Assembly (NCBI GenBank): GCA_020184695.1
Contig: JAANOX010000276.1
Span: 62,001-126,000 of the forward strand
Direction: 5' to 3'
Length of the DNA stretch: 64,000 bases
DNA from: Histomonas meleagridis 2922-C6/04-290x
Taxonomy: Eukaryota; Protista; Parabasalia
Part shown: piece after piece, positions 44,213 to 56,799 of the stretch
Numbering within the stretch: the first letter of the stretch is position 1
How the letters are laid out: every line of letters starts with the position of its first letter
Translations under genes and position numbers: made by a program
The notes under the pieces: model-generated
What the model saw: the letters and a program-made list of their open reading frames with translations, nothing else
Told to the model about the DNA's origin: nothing
Database searches by the model: none

Positions 44213-47200
44213 ATGACTGATAGGTTTTCAAGAGCATGCCAAGATTTATTAAAAAATGAAGAAATAGCTGAATCAAAAAGAGCACAGTCTATTCGTATGG
44301 GTAAAACGCTTCCTGATCAAAATGTAGTAATTCCAAAAATTGGTGATTGGGTATTATCACCAGGAATTTCAACAATACATTCTAATCAAAAGAAGTCAAA
44401 AAATAAATCAATAAAACCATTTCCACAAGATATACCATTATCAGATGATCAAAAAGCTCGGAAACAATTAGCAATAAAAGAAGGTCGTCTTCCAATCGCA
44501 CAACCAACATCACATACTGCCAATGCTCCCTATCATGTTAAAGCTCCTCGATTAATTACAAATTCCAAAACTAATTCCAAATCACCAAAAAAGAATTACC
44601 CACCTGGGACACTTACAACAGATCTTAAATCGATAATTCGATCCAAGTATCGTCATATGACCGATTCTTTACCACCACTTGAAGATCATGAGAATTCTGA
44701 AATTCAATCATTAATATTACCATTAGAAGTATTTGATGATTCAACATATGAAGAATATCCCATTGAAGAGCTTATGAAACATCCAGATGCTGTTTCCAAA
44801 TTTAAAGCATCTAATGGTGATGTCATATGGAAGAAATGTAAAGTCATAAATTATAATTCTGAAAATGAACTTTTCACAATCCAATGGAAAGACAATGACA
44901 AAACCAAACAAGTTGCCAGGTTTAACATTCGATTTCTTATTGAAAATCCACAAAAGTTTGAAGAACGAGTTTTACATGCTAAAGAATCATGCGAAAAATA
45001 CATTACACAATTTCGCTTTAATTATCGTATTGAACAAATGCCTATTGATGATTTACCTGACATTAATTACGACACAATTCTAAATCCTAAGAACATAAAA
45101 TATCCACAATATAATATCCCGAATGATAAAAATTATGAAGAACTTAAACAAGAATTATTAAATGATGTATCAAAAGAATTCAAATTCTTAAATAATAAAC
45201 TTCAATTTATTTATGAATTAAATATGAATCCATTAATACCAAATCGTGATGAATTTTTATCATTAATACCACAAAATAAAACATCTAAAGATTATGGATT
45301 AATTATACATGTTAATTATGATTTTAATTTATTATTAAAGAAATTTTCGGCAAAATTTTTATTGGCAAATGAAAATGTATTAAATGGAATTCGTTCGATT
45401 TGGTGTATATTACAAGAATCTTCTTCATTAACATTTTTACGAAATGATTTTAATGAAGTATTAACATTAGATGAATTCATTAAAATACAAAATGAAAAAA
45501 TTGATAATACAAATGATTCATTAAAAGAAATCATTAAAGAATCACTTGAAGGTATTATTAGTTTAACTATATGTAATGTAACGACAGATGAACAAATTAA
45601 AAATCATGATTTATATCAAAATATGGTAAATTTATCAATAATTATGTTAAATACGATACTTCGATCAATTGTATTAAATACAATTTCGAATTTTATTAAT
45701 ATATTTAATCAAAAAAATCCAATTTTTTTATTTAATTTTAATTTCGATGAAACGAAAAATGAATTAAATTTAAATCCAACAATTAATGATTTTAAAGATT
45801 TAATAATTTCATTATTAAATCAACTTGAAAACACAATAAAAAATCTTCCATCAATAAGTTTAATTATATTTAATTTAGAAACAAAAAATATTTCATTTGA
45901 TTATTCGATAATCGAAGACAATAAAATGAAATTAAATGAAATATTAAATAATTTATGTAATGTTTTATCAGAATTTATAAATGAAAGAAAATATTTAGAA
46001 AATACATTAAAACTTAACACTAAAACATTTATAAATGAATTTGATCCAAATGGAACAAAATCATTAAATGATTATAAAACAAAAATTGATGAATTTGAAA
46101 ATGTTATTAATGTTATACAAAATGAAACTCAAACATTAAACATAATAAATATATTTCAAATTCATTGTCAACAATTTAAAGAAGAAGGATTAAAACATAC
46201 GAAACAATTAATTCAACAATTATTATTACATATGAAAAATTTTGCATTAAAAGAATTAAAAGAATTACAAAACGAATATATTGAAATCACAGAAAAGATA
46301 AAAAATATACCAAAAACACCCGAAGAATTAATGAAAATATTTCAATATATCGAAAATGTTATTAATAACACCGAGAAAAGAAAAATAAAATTAGAAAATG
46401 CTAATAAACGATTTGAATTTCTTGAGATATATAAATTCCAAATTAGTGATGAAGAATGTAAAATTAAATATGAATCTTCATTAATACCAAATAAAATTAA
46501 TAATATTATTAATGAATCGAAACAATTATTAGAAATAGAACAAAATAAAATGATAACAGAAATTAAAAATGATGAAAATGTTCTAAAAAATGAAATCGAA
46601 AATGAATTACCTCAAATTATTAATAAATTCCAAGATTTAGAAATGACTGTTGATGCATCAGAAGCAGTTAATTTATTACAAAATAAAATCCAAAAAATTC
46701 GTGAGAAACAAGAAAAATATTTAAAATGTGAAAAATTTTTTTCATCCGAAAAAATATTATCGAAACCATTACAAAAATTAATAGAAGAATTCCAACCATT
46801 TCATCTTTTATGGAATTTAGCTAATGATTGGTTAACTATATATAACCAATGGCTTGACACTCCATTTATACAAATAAAACCAGAATCAATAAATATATTT
46901 TTAAATCAATCGATTAAAAAGACAACGAAATTAAAAAAAGACTTAAAAACATATCAAATAATTATCGAAAAAGTATTAAATCCATTAACAGATCAAATAT
47001 TAAAATTTAAACAAATAATTCCATTTATAACTAAATTATTACATCCAGGAATTAAAACAAAACATTGGGAAAAGATATCAGAAATTGTTGGGTTTAAAAT
47101 AATTCCTTCAATGGAATTAAATCTTCAACAATTTTTAGATTTAAATCTAGAAAAATATCAACAAGAAATTACAGAAATTACAAATATTGCTATTAATGAA

Positions 47201-50200
47201 TATAATATCGAATCTATACTTGATCAACTTGATATCGAAATACAATCTAAACAATTCCAAACTTCAAAATATAAAGATACAAATGATTATATTTTAATTA
47301 ATATTGAAGATTTAATGAGTTTAATTGATGATCAAATAATTACTATACAAAACTTATTAATGAATCCATTCATTAAACCAATTAAAAAAAGAGCTATCGA
47401 GAAATTAGATTTCTTAAAAAACTCGCAAAATATTATTAATGAATGGATTGAAGTCCAAAAGAATTGGATTTATTTATATCCGATTTTTACTGAAACTACA
47501 ATTACAAAGAAATTAAATGTTGAATCACGTGATTGGAATTATGTTAATAAGAATTTTAGTAATATTATGATAAACACAAATAATTATCCTGACTTTCTAA
47601 CTGTCATTCATCGTAATAATCTGTTAGATAACCTAAAAGAATTAAATCGATTATTAGAATCAATTATTAAAGGATTAAATAAATATTTGGAAGATAAGCG
47701 TAACGGTTTCCCGAGATTTTACTTTTTGTCAAACGATGAATTGATTTCAATACTGTCTCATTCAAAAGATTTGAATTACATTCAAAAGTCATTCTCGAAA
47801 CTTTTTGAGTACGTCGCATCAATTGATGTGGATGACAACTTTTATATTACATCAATGAATGATAATGGTTTAGAGAAGGTCCAGCTCAAGAATTATGTGA
47901 ACGCTAATACAGAAGAAATAGAAGATTGGTTAAATGCTTTTGAAAATGAAATGAAAAACACATTAAAATCCGAAATTTCAAATGCAATACATACATCAAC
48001 AAAAAAGAAAAAAGAAAATTGGATTAGTGAATTCCCTTCGCAAGTTGTGTTAATTACAAACCAAATTTTGTTCACACAAATGGTTACATCAACAATTCGT
48101 TTAACTAAATCAAAAGGTTTACCAAATTTATTACAAAAATATATTGAACAACTTGAAATACTTACGACAATTATACGAAATCCAATCACATTATCATTAC
48201 GACAATTAATTTCGAGTTTATTAATAAATGAAGTACATAATCGCGACATTATCAATAATTTACTTAAGGAACAAGTCAATGATGTTAATTCATTTCATTG
48301 GATTAAACAATTACGTTATTATTGGGAAGATGATACAGTTATTATCCATAGTCTTAATAACATTTTCGAATATTCATATGAATACGCAGGTAATTCTACA
48401 AGATTAGTCATCACGTCATTAACAGATCGATGTTATCAAACATTATTAACAGCATTTAAACAAAACTTAGGTGGTGCTCCATCAGGTCCTGCGGGTACAG
48501 GTAAGACGGAAACTATAAAAGATTGTGCTAAAGCATTAGGTCGTTCATGTATTGTATATAATTGTAGTGAAGATGTAACACCAGAACAAATGTCGCAATT
48601 CTTTGCTGGTTTAATTAGCTCTGGTTCGTGGAGTTGTTTTGATGAGTTCAATCGTATTAACATTGAAGTCTTAAGTATAATATCACAACAAATTCGTATC
48701 ATTCAAAACGCGTTAAATTCTAATTCTGATTCGTTCGTATTAGATCAACGTAAGTTAAAGCTAAATATTAATTGTGCAATATGTATCACTATGAATCCTG
48801 GTTATCAAGGCCGAACTGAACTGCCGGATAATTTGAAAGCTTTATTCAGACCGATAGCGATGATTGTACCAGATTTTCAATTTATCGCAGAAATTTTATT
48901 ATTTTCAGGCGGATTTAAAAATGCAACGATATTAGCAGTTAAATTAATTGCGATAATTGATTTATGTAAGAAACAATTAAATAATTGTAAACATTATGAT
49001 TGGAGTTTACGAAGTATTAAATCGATATTAGAAATATCATCAAAATTAAAACGTAATAATGTTAATGAAGTTGAAGAAATTATATTAATTCAAGCAATTG
49101 TTAAATGTATTAAGCCAAGATTAATTAAAGAAGACATTATATTGTTTAATAATATTATTAATGATGTCTTTCCTAATGTAAATTATAAATTAAATGTTAT
49201 TGAAACATTAGAGAAATATTTACTTAAAGCATTTAATGAATTAAATTTAATACCTATTGATGAATATATCCAAAAATGTTTTGAAGTATATGAAACTGTT
49301 TTAGTTCGACATGGAATTATGTTCATTGGTAATAGTATGAGTGGCAAAAGTATTACATGGAAATGTTTACAATTAGCGTTAAATAAATTATATGAAACAG
49401 AAAAAATTGGAATGAAAATTAATATAAAAACATTAAATCCTAAATCAATAACTACATCTGAATTATATGGGTTATATGATCCAATTACTAATAATTGGAC
49501 CGATGGAATATTATCAAAAAATATTCGTGAATTTGATGATAATGAAAATAAATGGATAATAATTGATGGCCCTGTTGATTCATTATGGATTGAAACTATG
49601 AATTCATTATTAGATGATAATAAAGTTTTATGTTTATCTAATAATGAACGAATTTCATTAAATAATAATATGAAAATTATGTTCGAAACTGATAACTTAA
49701 ATCAAGCTTCACCTGCAACAGTATCACGTTGTGGAATGATATATTTTGATTCTAATTCATTACCTTATAATGTTTTAATTGATTCATGGATTAATTCCCA
49801 TAAAAATATTAATGAAATTGTTACTAATTATTTAAAGGAATTATTTGATGAATTCGTACCAATAATGATAAAATTCATTAGAAATGACGTGAAACCAATT
49901 ATAGGATCAAATTATTTATTCATTTTAAAGAACTTTTTGGATTTAATCGATTGCTTTTATGATATATTACGAAAGCAAATTATTAAAAAAGATGAAAATG
50001 AAAATGAAACATTAATTGATCCTTTAAATCATGAAATATATTATTCGGATTTTGTGAAGATGAAAAAAGAAATTCCTTTTATAGATGATTTTAAGGAAAT
50101 ATTTGAAAATATATTTTTCTTTTGTATTATTTGGAGTTTCGGTGCAATACTTCCCGATAATTCACGTAAATTATTTGATAACTTCTTAAAAGATATTATT

Positions 50201-53200
50201 GTTAAAAGTAAAAGAGAATTAAAATTACCAAAAACAAAAACTGTTTTTGATTATTTCATCGATATTTCGAATAATAAATGGATAGAATGGACTGATGGAG
50301 TTACAGGAACTGAATTAACTATTAATAAATCAATTGAAGAAATATTTATACCTACAAATGAAACTTCTTCGATTATATATTTAACAAAATTATTGATATA
50401 TCATTCGAAACATTTCTTATTATATGGACCAGAAACATCTAAAACTTTAAGTATTAAAACATTATTTGATAATATTTTAAATAAAACAAAATTCGACTTA
50501 AAGAAAATAACATTAACAAATTGTACTTTGGTAAATAATTTATTAAATATCATCAAAAGTTTCTTATATAAAAATCATAATAATTATTATGGACCATTAA
50601 ATAATGAACAAAAATTATTACTTTTCATTGATAATTTAAATTCCATTAAACCTGAAATGTATGGATCACAACCTACTTTAGAATTAATACGACAATTCTT
50701 TGATTATAATGGAATTTATAATCCGAATTCTATGGAATTTCTTAATATATTTAATACAATAATTATATCAACAATGAATATTAAAGGTAATTATGGATTT
50801 AATTCGATATCTGAACGACTTTTAAGACATTACTTTTATATATATATACCTAAATATAATGATGAAACTAATTTAAATATCATCAAACAAATATTAAATA
50901 TTAAATTTAATAAATTTAATGAAACAATTAAAAATATGATAAATTATATAAGTTCAGCAACATATTTAACATGTAAAAGTTGTCAAGAGAATTTATTACC
51001 ATTACCTTCGAAACTTCATTATCAATTTTCATTACGTAATATTATACGTATTATTAAAGGTATATTAAATGTTAATGAAGTTAATGATGAAAAACAATTT
51101 ATCCGTTTATGGTATCATGAAAGTAAACGAGAATTATATGATAAATTAAATGAAATCTCTGATAAAGAATGGTTTGATTCTATCATTAAGTTAAATATAT
51201 TAAAAGAATTTCATATTTCATATTTATTTGATGAACCTAAGTTTAATACATTAAATGGTAATTATCAAGAATGTAATTTAAATGATGAAGAAATGTTAAA
51301 ACAATGTCAAATGTTATTAGAGAATTATAATAATAATTCGAATATTAAAATTAACATAATATTATTTAATGAATTAATTAATCATTTGACAAATTTATTA
51401 CGAGTTTTATCAATTGAAAAAGGTCATATTATATTAATAGGTATTAAATCGAGTGGAAGAAAATCATTAACTAAATTATCATTGTATTTATCATCAATCG
51501 AATTATTTGAGATACAAATCACTAAAAATTATTCATTTAATGAATGGAGAGAAGATTTAAAGAATTTAATTAAACAATGTGCACTTAATGATATAACTAC
51601 AGCTTTTGTTATCTCTGATAATCAAATAATTCATAAGTTTCAACTTGAAGATATATCGAATTTATTAGTTAATAATGAAATTATTGATTTATTTGATAAT
51701 GATGAGAAAGAACAAATTAAAATCGAGTTAATCCAAAACGAATTATTAATTGATGATAATCCATGGGAAATATTTCTAAATAGAATCAAAAAGAATTTAC
51801 ATATAATATTATTATTTTCACCTTATTCGAATAATTATAAAGAATTTATATTATCTTTTCCTGCTTTAATTAATGAAACTACAATTGATTATTATCAATC
51901 ATGGAATGAAGAATCATTTAAAAATATATGTTATTATTCATTAACTAATTTTGAGAATTTAATGCCTATCATTAATTCATTAGTAAAAATTCATATGTCT
52001 GTAAAAGAAATTTCCGATTTATATTATAAAGAAGTAAAACGTTTTACTTCTTGTACACCTTCACGTTTCTTCCAATTAATTTCAACATTTAAAACAATTT
52101 TAACTAAAAAACAAAATGAATTAAATGAATCAATTACAAAATATTCGGGTGGAATTGAGAAAATTATAAAAACTAAATCACAAATTGAAATATTACGTAA
52201 AGAACTTGATGAAAATATACCGATTTTACAACAGAAACATAAAGAAGTTGAAGAAATGTTAAATGAATTAAAAGTGAAACAAAATGAAGTCGAAACTTTA
52301 AGAATTGATGTAAAGTCACAAAATGAAGAAGCTGAAAAAGAAACAAAAATTGCAAATGAAATTAATAATTTGGCTCAAGAACAATTAAAGAAAGCTGAGC
52401 CTATCTTAAAGTCTGCACAAGAAGCCGTAGATTCTATTGATCGTAATTCACTTATTAATATTAAAACATTAAAAAATATTCATCCAGCATTAAGAGAAAC
52501 ATTTGAAGCGATATGTATAATATTTGGTAAACAACCAAAGAAAAGCGATACTAATATACCGGGTGTTAAAGAAGAAGATTATTGGCCTGAAACTTTAACA
52601 TTATTAAATGATATACAATTCATTAAAAAAATTAAAAATTATGAAATTGAAAAAATACCAAAAAATATTATTGAAAAACTTAAGAAATATGTTGGTGAAA
52701 ATAAAAAAGAAAGAGAAAAGAAATATAATGAAGTAAAGAATGGATATCAAGCAGTAGCGAATTTATATTTATGGGTTTGTTCTGCTTATGATTATTGGTA
52801 TATTTATCAAGAAGTATTACCAAAGAAAATCGAAGCTGATAATGCTAAGAATAAACTGATTGAACGAGAAAAGATTTTAGAAGAAAAGAAATCATATTTA
52901 CAATCAATTGAAAACCAATATAATGAATTAGAAAATAAATATAATGAATTAAAACAAAATGAACAAGAATTATATAATAATGTCGAATTACTTAAAGTTA
53001 AAATTAATAGAGCAGAGAAAATTATTAATGGTTTAAGTAATGAATATAAACGTTGGAATGATAATTTAATTAATTTAAAGAATTCATCGAATTATATAAT
53101 TGGTGATTCAATATTAATATCTTCTACTTTAATATATTTTGGTGTATTTTCTTCTATTTATCGGAATAAATTATTAAATATATTTAAAGAAATATTAACA

Positions 53201-56200
53201 AAAGAAAATATTCAATTTTCGAATAATTTCTCTATAATAAAATCATTAGGAAATGAAGCAGAAATAAGGAAATGGATAGTTAAAGGGTTAACTAATGATA
53301 TAAATTCTATTGAAAATGCTCTCCTAATAAAATATAATGAAAATAATTTCCCATTATTAATTGACCCACAATTTAATGGTACGAAATGGTTATTTTCTGA
53401 AATTAATTCTGACGATTTAACAATTTTACGTTTTGATCAAAATGATTTCACTCAAAAACTTAAAAATTCAATAACTTTAGGTCAAAATGTATTAATAGAA
53501 AACGTCGGATTAAAATTAGATCCAATTATTGAGCCAATATTATCTAAAGAAATCATTGAAGTTGATGGTCAAAAGAAAATGTTAATTGGCGGTGAATATA
53601 TTAATTATAATGATAATTTTAAGTTATTTTTAAGTACTAAATATCCAAATCCAATATATACACCTGAAATATGTTCACAAGTTATATTAATTAACTTTAA
53701 TACTACTAAAGAAGGATTAATTGATTTATTAATGAATACTTTAATTGAAGTAAAACAAACTGATTTAGATAAGAAACGAATACAAATAATGGAAGAAAAT
53801 GCTATTAACATAAAGAAATTACAAGAAATTGAAGAAGAAATAATACAAATTGTTTCTAATAATAGTAATGATATCCTTAATGATGATAAAGCTATAAATA
53901 CTTTACAAAATGCTCAAAAGACTTCGATAAATATTGAACAACAAATGAAAATATCAGAGAAAACTGAAATATTAATACAACAATTTAAAGATAAATTTAT
54001 ATTAATAGCAGAACGTTCCAATATATTATATTTTTGTTCATCTGATTTTAATATTATTGATCCAATGTATCAATTTTCATTAAATTGGTTTTTAGAAATA
54101 TTTAAAAATTCGATTAAAAAAATCGAATTTAATTTAAATGATAATGAATTAATTAATAAGTTAAATTCTATAATAACAAAAAAGTTTTATCAATCAATTT
54201 CATATTCATTGTTTTCGAAACATAAATTATTGTTCTTAACTTTAATGACAATTCGAATTTTATATTATGAAAATAAAATTACATTAAATGAATCAAAGTT
54301 TTTTATATCGCCAAAGATTTCAAATATCGAAAATAAAATCGAATCTTTACCTAATGAAATTTGGAGAATCGTTGAACCTTTAACACATATTTCATCGAAT
54401 TTCGAATCAATAATTATCGATGTAATGTCACGTAAAGAAGAATGGAAAATATATTTCGAAAGTAATGAACCTGAAAACTTAAATATTCCAATTAATAATG
54501 AATTAACTGAATTCCAAAAACTTTTAATTCATCGAATATTTCATTTACATCGAATTCCATTTGCATTACGTATCTTTATAACTAAAACATTAGGAAATGA
54601 ATTTTTAGAATTACATCCTTTAAGTTTAACAAAAACATTTAAGAAATCGACAAATTTAACGCCAATAATTTTCATAATTAATTCTGGCATAGATCCATTA
54701 GATGAAATTATAAACATTTCGAATTCATTAGAATTAAATAAATATTTGAAATGTTATTCATTAGGTAAAGGTAAAGAGAAAGAAATCGAAGAATTTATTC
54801 TCAATGGAATTGAAAATGGTTATTGGATCTTATTACAAAATTGTCATTTGTTATGTAATTGGTTAAAACATTTAGAACATATATTAGATAATTTAAATCC
54901 GGAGAAAATTCATCAACGATTTCGATTAATATTAATAACTATGTCAACAAATGAATTTCCAATTGGTTTATTATATCAAAGCTTAAAAATTATTTATGAA
55001 ATTCCGAAAGGTATTAAAGAAAACATATTACGAATTTATGATGGATTTAATAAAGAAGAATTTGATAATGAATATACCGAATTAGAAAAGAAATTAATAT
55101 TTAATTTAGCAGTGTTTCATTCAATAGTATTAGAAAGAATTCATTTTGGTTCAATTGGTTGGAATATTTCATATGAATTTAATTCAAATGATTTTAATAT
55201 ATCATTAAAAATATTAAAACAATTTCTAAATGAATCAACTAAAAATAATAAAATTTCATTTAAAACTTTGAATTATATAATCGGCGAATTAAATTATGGT
55301 GGAAGAATTATTGATAAATTCGATCGTAGACTTTTATTAACTTTATTAAAAATATATTTTAAACATAAAGATGAAATCGAAATTGGTAAAAATTATCAAA
55401 TCCCTAAAGATTATAATATAAATTTCGATGAATTCATTTCGATAATTAAAACTTGGCCAAATATTACTGAAGGTGAAAACATTGGATTAAGTGAAAATGC
55501 AAATACTATAAATACACGACATGAATCAATACAAATCTTTAATTCGTTAATTGAGATTCAACCGAATTTAATAATAAATGATAATAATATTAATAATAAT
55601 AATGAAGAGAATTTTCAACTTAATTTAATTGATAATATAATAAATCAAATTCCTAATAAAATAAATTATAAAATCTTCATAAAGAAATTCGATTTAAATA
55701 ATATATTAAATAATGTAATTAATCATGAAATCATTAAATATAATTTGTTAATAAAATGTATAAAGAAATCATTGAATAAGTTAAAAAATGGATTAAAAGG
55801 ATTAATTATTATTAATAAAAAATTTGAATTATTTAACAAAGAAATTATATCAAATAAAATCCCAAATATTTGGTTAAAGAATTGTTACCCATTAAACCCA
55901 AATATGAAATTAAATGATTTCATCGATGACTTAAATCAAAGAATTAATTTCTTAAATGATTGGATTAGAATTAAAGAGCCGTCAATATATAAGTTAAACG
56001 TCTTCTTTAATCCTGAAGAATTTCTAATTGCACTTTTACAATTATATTCTCGAAGACTTAACGTTCCCTTCGATAACTTAAAATTTGAAACGTTAATCTC
56101 GGAGAAAGAAAAAGATCAAATTGTAAGTGATATAAATGATGGTATATACATCGAAGGTATTAAGATTGAAGGAGCGAAATGGAATAAGTCATTGAAATGT

Positions 56201-56455
56201 TTGATGGAATGTGAAAAGAAAGAACTGATTTCGGAACTACCAATCATTTGTCTAAAGCCAATTGATAAAAATGACGTCAACAACAACGAGAAAGAGAAGT
56301 TGTATCATTGCCCTTTGTACATAACTCAGAACAGAGGATCAAATTTAATTGGGACATCAAACTATTTGATGTCCTTGAATTTGCCGACGGGTGAAATGAC
56401 AAAAGAACATTGGACATTAAGATCGGTAGCAGCATTTGTAACTGCGGGAGAATAA
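44213..56455 (+). CDS. Axonemal dynein heavy chain (inner arm, DNAH1-like)
   Basis: FPRFYFLS linker, AAA1 GPAGTGKT and FDEFNRI, AAA2 GNSMSGKS, stalk, AAA6 GELNYGGR; the N-terminus resembles DNAH1. Confidence 0.98.
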   Translation: MTDRFSRACQDLLKNEEIAESKRAQSIRMGKTLPDQNVVIPKIGDWVLSPGISTIHSNQKKSKNKSIKPFPQDIPLSDDQKARKQLAIKEGRLPIAQPTSHTANAPYHVKAPRLITNSKTNSKSPKKNYPPGTLTTDLKSIIRSKYRHMTDSLPPLEDHENSEIQSLILPLEVFDDSTYEEYPIEELMKHPDAVSKFKASNGDVIWKKCKVINYNSENELFTIQWKDNDKTKQVARFNIRFLIENPQKFEERVLHAKESCEKYITQFRFNYRIEQMPIDDLPDINYDTILNPKNIKYPQYNIPNDKNYEELKQELLNDVSKEFKFLNNKLQFIYELNMNPLIPNRDEFLSLIPQNKTSKDYGLIIHVNYDFNLLLKKFSAKFLLANENVLNGIRSIWCILQESSSLTFLRNDFNEVLTLDEFIKIQNEKIDNTNDSLKEIIKESLEGIISLTICNVTTDEQIKNHDLYQNMVNLSIIMLNTILRSIVLNTISNFINIFNQKNPIFLFNFNFDETKNELNLNPTINDFKDLIISLLNQLENTIKNLPSISLIIFNLETKNISFDYSIIEDNKMKLNEILNNLCNVLSEFINERKYLENTLKLNTKTFINEFDPNGTKSLNDYKTKIDEFENVINVIQNETQTLNIINIFQIHCQQFKEEGLKHTKQLIQQLLLHMKNFALKELKELQNEYIEITEKIKNIPKTPEELMKIFQYIENVINNTEKRKIKLENANKRFEFLEIYKFQISDEECKIKYESSLIPNKINNIINESKQLLEIEQNKMITEIKNDENVLKNEIENELPQIINKFQDLEMTVDASEAVNLLQNKIQKIREKQEKYLKCEKFFSSEKILSKPLQKLIEEFQPFHLLWNLANDWLTIYNQWLDTPFIQIKPESINIFLNQSIKKTTKLKKDLKTYQIIIEKVLNPLTDQILKFKQIIPFITKLLHPGIKTKHWEKISEIVGFKIIPSMELNLQQFLDLNLEKYQQEITEITNIAINEYNIESILDQLDIEIQSKQFQTSKYKDTNDYILINIEDLMSLIDDQIITIQNLLMNPFIKPIKKRAIEKLDFLKNSQNIINEWIEVQKNWIYLYPIFTETTITKKLNVESRDWNYVNKNFSNIMINTNNYPDFLTVIHRNNLLDNLKELNRLLESIIKGLNKYLEDKRNGFPRFYFLSNDELISILSHSKDLNYIQKSFSKLFEYVASIDVDDNFYITSMNDNGLEKVQLKNYVNANTEEIEDWLNAFENEMKNTLKSEISNAIHTSTKKKKENWISEFPSQVVLITNQILFTQMVTSTIRLTKSKGLPNLLQKYIEQLEILTTIIRNPITLSLRQLISSLLINEVHNRDIINNLLKEQVNDVNSFHWIKQLRYYWEDDTVIIHSLNNIFEYSYEYAGNSTRLVITSLTDRCYQTLLTAFKQNLGGAPSGPAGTGKTETIKDCAKALGRSCIVYNCSEDVTPEQMSQFFAGLISSGSWSCFDEFNRINIEVLSIISQQIRIIQNALNSNSDSFVLDQRKLKLNINCAICITMNPGYQGRTELPDNLKALFRPIAMIVPDFQFIAEILLFSGGFKNATILAVKLIAIIDLCKKQLNNCKHYDWSLRSIKSILEISSKLKRNNVNEVEEIILIQAIVKCIKPRLIKEDIILFNNIINDVFPNVNYKLNVIETLEKYLLKAFNELNLIPIDEYIQKCFEVYETVLVRHGIMFIGNSMSGKSITWKCLQLALNKLYETEKIGMKINIKTLNPKSITTSELYGLYDPITNNWTDGILSKNIREFDDNENKWIIIDGPVDSLWIETMNSLLDDNKVLCLSNNERISLNNNMKIMFETDNLNQASPATVSRCGMIYFDSNSLPYNVLIDSWINSHKNINEIVTNYLKELFDEFVPIMIKFIRNDVKPIIGSNYLFILKNFLDLIDCFYDILRKQIIKKDENENETLIDPLNHEIYYSDFVKMKKEIPFIDDFKEIFENIFFFCIIWSFGAILPDNSRKLFDNFLKDIIVKSKRELKLPKTKTVFDYFIDISNNKWIEWTDGVTGTELTINKSIEEIFIPTNETSSIIYLTKLLIYHSKHFLLYGPETSKTLSIKTLFDNILNKTKFDLKKITLTNCTLVNNLLNIIKSFLYKNHNNYYGPLNNEQKLLLFIDNLNSIKPEMYGSQPTLELIRQFFDYNGIYNPNSMEFLNIFNTIIISTMNIKGNYGFNSISERLLRHYFYIYIPKYNDETNLNIIKQILNIKFNKFNETIKNMINYISSATYLTCKSCQENLLPLPSKLHYQFSLRNIIRIIKGILNVNEVNDEKQFIRLWYHESKRELYDKLNEISDKEWFDSIIKLNILKEFHISYLFDEPKFNTLNGNYQECNLNDEEMLKQCQMLLENYNNNSNIKINIILFNELINHLTNLLRVLSIEKGHIILIGIKSSGRKSLTKLSLYLSSIELFEIQITKNYSFNEWREDLKNLIKQCALNDITTAFVISDNQIIHKFQLEDISNLLVNNEIIDLFDNDEKEQIKIELIQNELLIDDNPWEIFLNRIKKNLHIILLFSPYSNNYKEFILSFPALINETTIDYYQSWNEESFKNICYYSLTNFENLMPIINSLVKIHMSVKEISDLYYKEVKRFTSCTPSRFFQLISTFKTILTKKQNELNESITKYSGGIEKIIKTKSQIEILRKELDENIPILQQKHKEVEEMLNELKVKQNEVETLRIDVKSQNEEAEKETKIANEINNLAQEQLKKAEPILKSAQEAVDSIDRNSLINIKTLKNIHPALRETFEAICIIFGKQPKKSDTNIPGVKEEDYWPETLTLLNDIQFIKKIKNYEIEKIPKNIIEKLKKYVGENKKEREKKYNEVKNGYQAVANLYLWVCSAYDYWYIYQEVLPKKIEADNAKNKLIEREKILEEKKSYLQSIENQYNELENKYNELKQNEQELYNNVELLKVKINRAEKIINGLSNEYKRWNDNLINLKNSSNYIIGDSILISSTLIYFGVFSSIYRNKLLNIFKEILTKENIQFSNNFSIIKSLGNEAEIRKWIVKGLTNDINSIENALLIKYNENNFPLLIDPQFNGTKWLFSEINSDDLTILRFDQNDFTQKLKNSITLGQNVLIENVGLKLDPIIEPILSKEIIEVDGQKKMLIGGEYINYNDNFKLFLSTKYPNPIYTPEICSQVILINFNTTKEGLIDLLMNTLIEVKQTDLDKKRIQIMEENAINIKKLQEIEEEIIQIVSNNSNDILNDDKAINTLQNAQKTSINIEQQMKISEKTEILIQQFKDKFILIAERSNILYFCSSDFNIIDPMYQFSLNWFLEIFKNSIKKIEFNLNDNELINKLNSIITKKFYQSISYSLFSKHKLLFLTLMTIRILYYENKITLNESKFFISPKISNIENKIESLPNEIWRIVEPLTHISSNFESIIIDVMSRKEEWKIYFESNEPENLNIPINNELTEFQKLLIHRIFHLHRIPFALRIFITKTLGNEFLELHPLSLTKTFKKSTNLTPIIFIINSGIDPLDEIINISNSLELNKYLKCYSLGKGKEKEIEEFILNGIENGYWILLQNCHLLCNWLKHLEHILDNLNPEKIHQRFRLILITMSTNEFPIGLLYQSLKIIYEIPKGIKENILRIYDGFNKEEFDNEYTELEKKLIFNLAVFHSIVLERIHFGSIGWNISYEFNSNDFNISLKILKQFLNESTKNNKISFKTLNYIIGELNYGGRIIDKFDRRLLLTLLKIYFKHKDEIEIGKNYQIPKDYNINFDEFISIIKTWPNITEGENIGLSENANTINTRHESIQIFNSLIEIQPNLIINDNNINNNNEENFQLNLIDNIINQIPNKINYKIFIKKFDLNNILNNVINHEIIKYNLLIKCIKKSLNKLKNGLKGLIIINKKFELFNKEIISNKIPNIWLKNCYPLNPNMKLNDFIDDLNQRINFLNDWIRIKEPSIYKLNVFFNPEEFLIALLQLYSRRLNVPFDNLKFETLISEKEKDQIVSDINDGIYIEGIKIEGAKWNKSLKCLMECEKKELISELPIICLKPIDKNDVNNNEKEKLYHCPLYITQNRGSNLIGTSNYLMSLNLPTGEMTKEHWTLRSVAAFVTAGE

Positions 56456-56799
56456 ATAAATAAAATGTGTTTTGTTTGAAAATCGTAGAAATCGATTTTT
56501 GTAAATTTATTTATAGAGATTAAAAATATTTGATTTCATAGGTAAAAGTGGCACTTTTCTTTACGCATAAATAAAAATATAAATTTCTTGATTAGATAAT
56601 TAGGGATTGTGGCGGCGGTCGAATGGAATGAATGTAAATTATGTGTTAATAATAAATTTAGAATATTATATCCTGTTTGTCAAAAAATTGACCGATTTAG
56701 ATAATATTTCATGTGTGATAATGTTCAATTTTTTATTTATAAAAAGTACTAAGAAGTGGTGTTACTTTTGACTTTGTGCAATAAGAAGTTTTATCAATT

